Sequence record: MK416018.1
Origin: Klebsiella phage ST147-VIM1phi7.1
DNA length: 34,141 nt
Strand: one strand, 5' to 3'
Position 1 is the stretch's first letter. The number at the start of each line of letters is the position of its first letter. The notes under the pieces are model-generated. The model saw nothing but the letters and a program-made list of their open reading frames with translations. It was not told where the DNA came from and did not search any database. Shown here piece after piece: positions 25,874 through 34,141 of this stretch. A program made the position numbers and the translations under genes.

Positions 25874-27033
25874 TGCTGGATATGCTGAGTTTGAATGCGG
25901 GTGGCGTCCTGACGCCCGATTTTATGCTGATGCTCGACAGCAAAGATATTACCGGCAATATCAGTAACCGCTTAATGAGTCTGACGATGACCGATAACCG
26001 CGGATTTGAGGCAGACCAGCTTGATATTGAGCTCGATGACGCTGACGGGCTTGTCGAGTTGCCGTTACGTGGTGCCGTGCTGACGCTTTATCTGGGATGG
26101 AAAGGGTTTGCGTTAATTAACAAGGGCTCTTTCACTGTCGATGAAGTTGAGCATCATGGCGCGCCAGATAGCGTGACAATCCGTGCCCGTAGTGCCGATT
26201 TTCGGGGAACGTTAAATTCCAGGCGAGAAGAGTCATGGCATGACAAGACTTTAGGCGAAATTGTGGCGGCGATAGCGACGCGTAACAAACTGACATCGAG
26301 AGTCATACCTGAACTGGCGGGAATTAAAATCCCGCATATCGACCAGTCACAGGAATCGGATGCTAAATTTTTGACTCGTCTCGCCGAACGAAATGGTGGT
26401 GAGGTTTCGGTAAAAGCGGGAAAGTTGCTTTTTCTGAAAGCCGGGCGTGGGTTAACAGCCAGTGGAAAGGCTATTCCACAAGTCACTATCACCCGCGGCG
26501 ATGGCGACAGGCATCAGTTTTCGATTGCCGACCGTGGGGCATATACCGGTGTCACGGCAAAATGGTTACACACCAAAGACCCGAAACCACAAAAGCAAAA
26601 GGTGACGTTAAAGCGGAAACCGAAAGAGCAACATTTACGTGCGCTACAGCACCCAAAAGCCAAACCGGTAACGAAGAAAAAAGCGGTGAAGACACCGGAA
26701 GCCAGGGAAGGTGAATACATGGTCGGCGAGGATGACAACGTGTTCGCCCTGACGACAATTTTTTCAACCAAAGCGCAGGCGATGCGAGCAGCCCAGGCAA
26801 AATGGGACAAACTGCAACGTGGAGTTGCTGAGTTTTCTATCAGGCTGGCGACGGGGCGGGCTGATCTTTATCCAGAGACGCCGGTACAGGTTAAAGGCTT
26901 TAAGCGCGTCATAGACGAGCAATCTTGGACAATCACTAAAGTTATGCACTACCTGAGTAAAAGCGGCTTTACGACGAGCCTAGAGCTTGAGGTGAGGTTG
27001 TTTGATGTGGAATATGATGCTGTGGATGCTTAA
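25873..27033 (+). CDS. D: Tail protein D
   Basis: 386 aa against 387 aa for P2 D. ATGA overlap with U. Confidence 0.9.
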   Translation: MLDMLSLNAGGVLTPDFMLMLDSKDITGNISNRLMSLTMTDNRGFEADQLDIELDDADGLVELPLRGAVLTLYLGWKGFALINKGSFTVDEVEHHGAPDSVTIRARSADFRGTLNSRREESWHDKTLGEIVAAIATRNKLTSRVIPELAGIKIPHIDQSQESDAKFLTRLAERNGGEVSVKAGKLLFLKAGRGLTASGKAIPQVTITRGDGDRHQFSIADRGAYTGVTAKWLHTKDPKPQKQKVTLKRKPKEQHLRALQHPKAKPVTKKKAVKTPEAREGEYMVGEDDNVFALTTIFSTKAQAMRAAQAKWDKLQRGVAEFSIRLATGRADLYPETPVQVKGFKRVIDEQSWTITKVMHYLSKSGFTTSLELEVRLFDVEYDAVDA

Positions 27034-27038
27034 AAAGG

Positions 27039-27066
27039 AAAACAACCCGTAACCAAACGGGTTGTT
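27039..27066. terminator. Bidirectional hairpin terminator between D and the convergent moron
   Basis: aacaacccg-taacca-aacgggttgtt, with T-rich tracts on both strands. Confidence 0.5.
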
Positions 27067-27073
27067 GTCATCT

Positions 27074-27481
27074 TCATTTTGAAACGTAGCCGTGGGTGTT
27101 TTCATACATCAAAGTCTTTGCTTCATCGTCCATCAGCGCACCCATCTTTTTACATGTAATCAGAGGGGTTTCAAACGTATAGCCCTGCGCTGAAAATTTA
27201 TTAACGACATGTATCTCTTTGGTGTTTTTGAGATATCCCTCAGGGGCACTTTTAACCCAAACAGGAGTGCAGACACCGGATGATATCAGTGCTTCATATG
27301 CATCCGAGGTTACAGTGGCAGTTGGTAACTTTATTTTCACTGAGTCCGTCTTGACCTCAATTCCAACGGGCTGCCACGGTTTAAGACTTTTCATTAAAAT
27401 TTGTGCATCAATGCTTTGTGAAAAGGCTCTGCTTGAAAGGGCTGCGACAGTACATAGAAGCGTTATTTTTAAGAGGTTCAT
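27074..27481 (-). CDS. Secreted/periplasmic hypothetical protein (135 aa) with Sec signal peptide; prophage moron
   Basis: AAGGA SD 5 nt before ATG 27481. MNLLKITLLCTVAALSSRAFS-QS is a signal peptide. Two Cys residues. Low GC (~38%). Lies between D and ogr, where P2 has nothing. Confidence 0.6.
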   Translation of the reverse strand: MNLLKITLLCTVAALSSRAFSQSIDAQILMKSLKPWQPVGIEVKTDSVKIKLPTATVTSDAYEALISSGVCTPVWVKSAPEGYLKNTKEIHVVNKFSAQGYTFETPLITCKKMGALMDDEAKTLMYENTHGYVSK

Positions 27482-27574
27482 GGGCATCCTTATCAACTAA
27501 CTATGAATATCTTTCGCTTTTGGTGAATTATTGTGTATCATTTATTCACATTGTGTGAATCTCGGAGTGTAGTA

Positions 27575-27793
27575 ATGTTCCATTGTCCAAAATGCCAGCA
27601 CGCGGCACATGCGCGCACCAGTCGCTATCTAAGTGAGAACACCAAAGAGCGTTACCACCAATGTACTAACATAAATTGCAGTTGTACGTTCGTAACGATG
27701 GAATCGGTGGAACGTTTTATTGTTACGCCAGGAACGATAATCCCGGCCCCGCCTCATCCGACAGTTGGTGGTCAGCGCCCGCTATGGCTCTGA
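27575..27793 (+). CDS. ogr: Late transcription activator Ogr (zinc-finger)
   Basis: 72 aa. MFHCPKCQHAAHARTSRY...CTNINCSCTF has four Cys in the Ogr/Delta arrangement. Confidence 0.85.
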   Translation: MFHCPKCQHAAHARTSRYLSENTKERYHQCTNINCSCTFVTMESVERFIVTPGTIIPAPPHPTVGGQRPLWL

Positions 27794-27810
27794 AAAAAAT
27801 TTCAAAAAAT

Positions 27811-27834
27811 GCCCGCCGCGAGCGGGTTTTTTTA
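27811..27834 (+). terminator. Rho-independent terminator after ogr
   Basis: cccgc-cgcga-gcggg followed by ttttttt. Confidence 0.5.
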
Positions 27835-27898
27835 TGTGATCTGAAAAGTGGCGGTAAAAAATTCACCGCCATTTTATCGCCGCTCAATAACGATATAA

Positions 27899-27924
27899 GA
27901 AAAAAGCCACTCGCGTGAGTGGCT
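27899..27924 (-). terminator. Rho-independent terminator downstream of the tRNA (minus strand)
   Basis: Minus-strand hairpin agccactc-acgc-gagtggct followed by tttttt. Confidence 0.5.
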
Positions 27925-27951
27925 TAATTATATGATTTTAAAGCTAAAATT

Positions 27952-28027
27952 TGGTGGCCCCTGTTGGGTTTGAACCAACGACCAAGCGATTATGAGTCGC
28001 CTGCTCTAACCACTGAGCTAAGGGGCC
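27952..28027 (-). tRNA. ileX: tRNA with CAT anticodon; near-identical to E. coli ileX (tRNA-Ile2, lysidine-modified)
   Basis: 76 nt: GGCCCCTTAGCTCAGTGGTTAGAGCAGGCGACTCATAATCGCTTGGTCGTTGGTTCAAACCCAACAGGGGCCACCA. The cloverleaf is consistent. The mug-adjacent context matches E. coli ileX. Confidence 0.85.
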
Positions 28028-28151
28028 GTGGCGAGGGATTATAAAGTAACTGGCGATTGCAATCCAGCGTAAAGCGCGCAGCTGCTGTTTTTATAAACAA
28101 TGCATTTTCAATCCTTTATAATCATGTTTTAGCCATACAGCCGGAGAAAAC

Positions 28152-28658
28152 ATGATTAGCGATATCCTTGCGCCGGGCCTGCGCGTTGTCTTTTGCGGTA
28201 TCAACCCGGGGAAGTCCTCCGCCCATACCGGCTTTCATTTTGCCCATCCTGGCAATCGCTTCTGGAAGGTCATCCATCAGGCCGGGTTCACCGATCGGCA
28301 GCTCAGGCCGGAAGAGGAGCTGCAGCTGCTGGATACGCGCTGCGGCATCACCATGCTGGTAGAGCGTCCGACGGTGCAGGCCAGCGAGGTCGCCTTGCAG
28401 GAGCTGCGCAGCGGCGGCCGTGAGCTGGTGCGGAAGATTGAGGAGTATCAGCCGCAGGCGCTGGCGGTGCTCGGCAAGCAGGCATTCGAGCTGGCCTTTA
28501 ACCAGCGCGGCGCGAAGTGGGGGAAACAGGCCATGACCATCGGGACGACCCAGGTGTGGGTGCTGCCTAATCCCAGCGGCTTAAACCGGGCGACGCTCGA
28601 TAAGCTGGTGGCGGCCTATCGTGAACTGGACGATGCCCTGGCAACCCGCGGCCAGTAG
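28152..28658 (+). CDS. mug: G/U mismatch-specific DNA glycosylase
   Basis: 168 aa, equal to E. coli Mug. Motif GINPG. Conserved position next to rpoD. Confidence 0.9.
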   Translation: MISDILAPGLRVVFCGINPGKSSAHTGFHFAHPGNRFWKVIHQAGFTDRQLRPEEELQLLDTRCGITMLVERPTVQASEVALQELRSGGRELVRKIEEYQPQALAVLGKQAFELAFNQRGAKWGKQAMTIGTTQVWVLPNPSGLNRATLDKLVAAYRELDDALATRGQ

Positions 28659-28699
28659 CGGAGAGAGGCGACTTTCCCGGGATGGCCACCTGAACGCCA

Positions 28700-28730
28700 T
28701 AAAAAAAGCTCCCCGCAGGGAGCTTTTTAA
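28700..28730. terminator. Bidirectional rho-independent terminator between convergent mug and rpoD
   Basis: aaaaaa-agctcccc-gca-ggggagct-ttttt. A-run and T-run flank an 8-bp stem. Confidence 0.6.
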
Positions 28731-28757
28731 CAGGCTGTAGACGATGCCCCGCGACGA

Positions 28758-30599
28758 TTAATCGTCGAGGAAGCTACGCAGCACTTCAGAACGGCTCGGG
28801 TGGCGCAGTTTACGCAGCGCCTTCGCTTCGATCTGACGGATACGTTCGCGGGTAACGTCGAACTGTTTACCCACTTCTTCCAGCGTGTGGTCGGTGTTCA
28901 TGTCGATACCGAAACGCATACGCAGCACTTTCGCTTCACGAGCGGTGAGGCCGGCCAGCACGTCATGCGTTGCCGCGCGCAGGCTCTCGGTGGTCGCAGA
29001 ATCCAGCGGCAGCTCGAGGGTGGTATCCTCGATGAAATCCCCCAGATGCGAATCTTCATCGTCGCCGATCGGCGTTTCCATGGAGATAGGCTCTTTGGCG
29101 ATCTTCAGCACTTTACGGATTTTGTCTTCCGGCATCAGCATACGCTCAGCCAGCTCTTCCGGGGTCGGTTCACGGCCCATCTCCTGCAGCATCTGACGGG
29201 AGATACGGTTGAGCTTGTTGATAGTCTCAATCATATGCACCGGAATACGGATGGTGCGCGCCTGATCCGCGATAGAGCGGGTGATGGCCTGACGGATCCA
29301 CCAGGTGGCGTAGGTCGAGAACTTGTAGCCGCGACGGTATTCAAACTTATCGACCGCTTTCATCAGACCGATGTTGCCTTCCTGAATCAGGTCGAGGAAC
29401 TGCAGACCGCGGTTGGTGTATTTCTTGGCGATAGAGATAACCAGACGCAGGTTCGCTTCAACCATCTCTTTCTTCGCACGACGGGCTTTCGCTTCGCCGA
29501 TGGACATGCGACGGTTGATATCTTTAACCTGCTCGATGGTCAGGCCGGTCTCTTCTTCAATCTGCTGCAGCTTCTGCAGGCCGCGCTGCACATCTTCTTT
29601 CACTTCCAGCAGCTTCTCAGACCACGGCTTGTTCATTGCCACCGCGGCGTTGAACCAGGTTTCGCTGGTTTCGTTGCCGGTGAACAGGGTGATGAAGTTT
29701 TTCTTCGGCATTTTGCACTGCTCAACGCACAGCTTCATGATGATACGTTCCTGAGTACGAACGCGATCCATCATGCTGCGCATGCTGTTGACCAGGTAAT
29801 CGAACTGCTTCGGCACCAGGCGGAACTGCTTGAAGACTTCAGACAGCTTCAGGATCTCTTCCTGGGCGGCGGCATGGCTACGACCTTTGGCTTTGATGGT
29901 GTCGCGCGTCAGCTCGTACTGGGTACGCAGCTCGGCGAATTTCTCACGGGCCAGCTCTGGGTCGATGCTGTTGTCGTCATCGCTGTTGTCGTCGGCGTCT
30001 TCATCTTCGTCTTCGTCTTCGTCGTCATCCATCTCTTCCTGAGACAGCTCGGAGCCAACGTGGGTGGCGGTTGGCGCCATATCTTCTTCGGCGTTCGGAT
30101 CGACGAAACCGGTGATCAGATCGGACAGACGGGCTTCTTCCGCTTCAACGCGGTCGTACTGCTCAAGCAGGTAGGTGATCGCTTCCGGATATTCGGCAAC
30201 GGAGCACTGCACCTGATTGATGCCGTCTTCGATGCGTTTGGCGATGTCAATTTCGCCTTCACGGGTCAGCAGCTCTACGGTACCCATTTCACGCATGTAC
30301 ATACGCACCGGGTCGGTCGTGCGCCCGATTTCGGATTCCACGCTGGAGAGCACCTGCGCGGCGGCTTCGGCAGCATCTTCATCCGCGGTGTTTTCGGCAA
30401 GCATCAGATCATCGGCATCCGGTGCTTCTTCCATCACCTGAATACCCATGTCGTTGATCATTTGGATGATGTCTTCGATCTGATCGGAATCGACGATATC
30501 TTCCGGCAGATGGTCATTGACCTCGGCATAGGTCAGATAGCCTTGCTCCTTACCACGTTGGACAAGAAGCTTCAGCTGTGACTGCGGGTTTTGCTCCAT
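28758..30599 (-). CDS. rpoD: RNA polymerase sigma-70
   Basis: 613 aa from [12 protein letters not shown], the same as E. coli. Conserved regions 2-4 (e.g. [44 protein letters not shown]). Confidence 0.95.
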   Translation of the reverse strand: MEQNPQSQLKLLVQRGKEQGYLTYAEVNDHLPEDIVDSDQIEDIIQMINDMGIQVMEEAPDADDLMLAENTADEDAAEAAAQVLSSVESEIGRTTDPVRMYMREMGTVELLTREGEIDIAKRIEDGINQVQCSVAEYPEAITYLLEQYDRVEAEEARLSDLITGFVDPNAEEDMAPTATHVGSELSQEEMDDDEDEDEDEDADDNSDDDNSIDPELAREKFAELRTQYELTRDTIKAKGRSHAAAQEEILKLSEVFKQFRLVPKQFDYLVNSMRSMMDRVRTQERIIMKLCVEQCKMPKKNFITLFTGNETSETWFNAAVAMNKPWSEKLLEVKEDVQRGLQKLQQIEEETGLTIEQVKDINRRMSIGEAKARRAKKEMVEANLRLVISIAKKYTNRGLQFLDLIQEGNIGLMKAVDKFEYRRGYKFSTYATWWIRQAITRSIADQARTIRIPVHMIETINKLNRISRQMLQEMGREPTPEELAERMLMPEDKIRKVLKIAKEPISMETPIGDDEDSHLGDFIEDTTLELPLDSATTESLRAATHDVLAGLTAREAKVLRMRFGIDMNTDHTLEEVGKQFDVTRERIRQIEAKALRKLRHPSRSEVLRSFLDD

Positions 30600-30755
30600 A
30601 AGACGGTATCCACACTTAATTCGTTTGATTGGTGTCGGCAGACGGGCTGTCGACATTTAAAGCGAGGGCGTACTTATATTATTGCCGCTGCGCCTCTGCG
30701 CGGCTGTCGGGGGCTTCCCGATCGATACTCGGCACTTAAGCCGTTAAATACTTTT

Positions 30756-30803
30756 CCTTCACGTTGTTCTGCGCTTTCTTACTGCTTTGATACAACGTGA
30801 AGG
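30756..30803 (-). promoter_or_regulatory. 12-bp perfect inverted repeat in the dnaG-rpoD intergenic region (mRNA processing/regulatory hairpin candidate)
   Basis: ccttcacgttgt...(24 nt)...acaacgtgaagg. Confidence 0.35.
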
Positions 30804-30817
30804 ATATTGTCTGTCAT

Positions 30818-32563
30818 TTATTTTTTCGCCAGCTCCTGGCTGATGGTCCAGAGCTCCCGGCGTTCTTCACTGCTTAAACCGTGTGTGCGATCGCGAGCTA
30901 TCAACTCTTCCTGTCGCAGTTCCAGCAGTGAATCAAACATATGGTTGAGCGAGTCGGTGAAGGTTTGTTCAGCGATGTCTTTATCTGCTATATCGTCCCA
31001 CATCGACAGTTTTTCAAGGGTTGCCGCCTCTTTTGTGCCGCGATATTGCTCTAAAAGTTGCCCGGTTGTCAGACCAGGCTGCGCCAGACAGCTCTTCACC
31101 AGTTCGTTGAACAGGCTCAGTCCCGGCATTTTGCGCGAGTCCAGTCCCTCCAGCGGCGGGACTAACGGCGCCAGATCCGGGTTTTGCACCAGCAGTCCTA
31201 TCAGTATACGCATGGTCGTGCGTTTTAGCTGCGGTGCGGGACGCGGCGCGCCATTTTCCGCCTGTTTTGGCATTAATCGTTCAAGCTGCGCGTCATCTAA
31301 AATGCCCAGCTTATTGCCCAACTCCTGACGCAAATAGATGCGCAGCGTTTCGCCCGGGACCTGGGTTATCAGCGGCAGCGCCAGCGTACTCAGCTGCGCG
31401 CGCCCGTCCGGAGTACTCAGATCGACCTGCGGCAGCAGGCTGTTAAACAAGAACGTGGAGAGCGGCTGAGCCTGCTCCATCCGCGCCTCGAACGCCGCTT
31501 TGCCCTCTTTACGCACCAGCGTATCCGGGTCTTCGCCGTCAGGCAGAAACATAAAGCGTAGCTGGCGACCATCGGTCATGTACGGCAGCGCCGTCTCCAG
31601 CGCGCGCCAGGCGGCATCGCGGCCGGCCCGGTCGCCGTCGTAGCAGCAGATGACGTTATTGGTCACCCGGAACAGCAGCTGGATATGGTCGGCCGTGGTC
31701 GAGGTACCCAGCGAGGCCACGGCATAATTAATGTCGTACTGCGCCAGCGCCACGACGTCCATATACCCTTCGACAACCAGCAAACGCGGTGGTTCGGGGT
31801 TATCCTGCTGCGCTTCATACAGGCCATACAGCTGGCGGCCTTTATGGAATATGTCGGTTTCCGGGGAGTTCAGATACTTCGGCAGGGCATCGCCCAGCAC
31901 CCGTCCGCCAAACCCAATCACCCGGCCTCGCTTATCGCGGATGGGGAACATCACCCGTTCGCGGAAGCGGTCGTAACTGCGTCCCTGATCGTTGGTGACC
32001 AGCATGCCGGCATCAATAAGCGACTGGCGGTTTTCCTGATTGCCGCCAAACCGTTTTAAAACGTTATCCCAACCTGGGGGAGCATAGCCGATGGCAAAGC
32101 GCGTAATCACCTCGCTGCTTAACCCCCGTTTCGCCAGGTACTGGCGCGCAGGATCGGCGGCGGGCTGCATCAGAGACTGTTGATAAAACGCATTCAGACC
32201 ATCCAGTAACTGGTAGAGGTTCTGCCGTTGATGGCGCTCTATCTGGCTGGGTCCGTTGCCTGCTTCATAAGGCACTTCGAGGTTGTGCATGGCGGCCAGC
32301 TCTTCGACCGTTTCCACGAACTCGAGCTTGTCGTAGTTCATCAGGAAGTCGATAGCATTGCCGTGCGCCCCGCAGCCGAAGCAGTGGTAAAACTGTTTTT
32401 CACCGTTGACGGTGAAAGAGGGGGTTTTTTCGTTATGGAACGGACAGCACGCGTGAAAATTTTTGCCCTGCTTTTTCAGCTTTACCCGCGCATCGATCAG
32501 ATCGACGATGTCGGTTCTGGCAAGCAGATCGCTAATAAATACACGTGGAATTCGTCCAGCCAT
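30818..32563 (-). CDS. dnaG: DNA primase
   Basis: 581 aa, equal to E. coli DnaG. Zn-finger CPFHNEKTPSF and Toprim EGYMDV motifs. Confidence 0.95.
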   Translation of the reverse strand: MAGRIPRVFISDLLARTDIVDLIDARVKLKKQGKNFHACCPFHNEKTPSFTVNGEKQFYHCFGCGAHGNAIDFLMNYDKLEFVETVEELAAMHNLEVPYEAGNGPSQIERHQRQNLYQLLDGLNAFYQQSLMQPAADPARQYLAKRGLSSEVITRFAIGYAPPGWDNVLKRFGGNQENRQSLIDAGMLVTNDQGRSYDRFRERVMFPIRDKRGRVIGFGGRVLGDALPKYLNSPETDIFHKGRQLYGLYEAQQDNPEPPRLLVVEGYMDVVALAQYDINYAVASLGTSTTADHIQLLFRVTNNVICCYDGDRAGRDAAWRALETALPYMTDGRQLRFMFLPDGEDPDTLVRKEGKAAFEARMEQAQPLSTFLFNSLLPQVDLSTPDGRAQLSTLALPLITQVPGETLRIYLRQELGNKLGILDDAQLERLMPKQAENGAPRPAPQLKRTTMRILIGLLVQNPDLAPLVPPLEGLDSRKMPGLSLFNELVKSCLAQPGLTTGQLLEQYRGTKEAATLEKLSMWDDIADKDIAEQTFTDSLNHMFDSLLELRQEELIARDRTHGLSSEERRELWTISQELAKK

Positions 32564-32588
32564 AAGCCCCGTTATTTCTGATGACTAT

Positions 32589-32627
32589 AAACGAAAATAA
32601 GCCGCGCATTCCTTTCGGAAGCACGGC
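32589..32627 (-). terminator. Partial terminator between rpsU and dnaG (T1-like)
   Basis: Minus-strand hairpin gccgtgc-ttccgaaaggaa-tgcgcggc followed by ttattttcgttt. Confidence 0.45.
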
Positions 32628-32674
32628 CTTACAACTACAACTCGGTCTGAATTGAGAGCGTCGCTCTCAACAGA

Positions 32675-34141
<1,467 letters not shown>

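Noticed and set aside
29900-30060. Acidic Asp/Glu repeat stretch ([23 protein letters not shown]) that might look like a tandem repeat or insertion
   Set aside because: This is the known non-conserved acidic spacer of sigma-70 region 1, which varies in length among enterobacteria. It is not a mobile or repeat element.
28800-30581. 593-aa plus-strand ORF
   Set aside because: It is exactly antisense to rpoD. GC-rich conserved genes frequently show long open antisense frames, and its product is His/Phe/Val/Gly-rich.
30807-31328. 173-aa plus-strand ORF
   Set aside because: It is antisense to the 3' end of dnaG. Its product is Ser/Arg-rich.

Overview
Overview: The window holds most of a P2/186-like temperate myovirus prophage (about 1-27,950), inserted beside a host tRNA with a CAT anticodon (ileX-like). 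This is followed by the conserved enterobacterial mug / rpoD-dnaG-rpsU / tsaD neighbourhood (27,950-34,141). No CRISPR array, IS element or integrase lies in the window. The integrase end of the prophage is beyond the left edge.

Prophage backbone: The structural and lysis genes are syntenic with P2 and match its protein lengths. In order they are:
- portal Q and terminase P on the minus strand;
- O, N, M, L, X, the holin, the endolysin and two overlapping spanin genes;
- R and S, then V, W, J and I;
- a non-canonical tail-fibre block;
- FI, FII, E (with a T6G slippery site for E'), T, U, D and ogr.
A 19-nt P2-type cos sequence (GGCGAGGCGGGGAAAGCAC) sits at 3422-3440. The first ORF (37-477) has a DinI-like C-terminus and looks like the 186 Tum antirepressor.

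Cargo islands: Four lower-GC islands interrupt the conserved backbone.
1) The Tum-cos region (480-3420) is the equivalent of the P2 old/tin locus. It carries a retron-like module: an AT-rich promoter region, a structured RNA region with two strong hairpins, a 51-aa Trp-rich ORF, an XRE-type HTH protein that overlaps its stop with the next gene, and a 316-aa reverse transcriptase with retron-type motifs including the VTG box. It also carries a convergent 143-aa unknown gene and a small-peptide pair with its own terminator next to cos.
2) The S-V locus (12,340-13,950) carries a 347-aa low-GC protein whose N-terminus has a Mrr/PD-(D/E)xK-like signature. It is a candidate anti-phage cargo gene.
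3) Between baseplate gene I and a shortened H-like fibre there is a 754-aa tailspike-like protein with a C-terminal SGNH/sialate-O-acetylesterase signature, then a LamG-like 242-aa protein. No G-type fibre chaperone follows.
4) Between D and ogr there is a minus-strand, signal-peptide-bearing 135-aa moron.

The retron-like module in the old/tin-equivalent hotspot is the strongest candidate for an uncharacterised defence system here. The S-V hotspot protein comes second.
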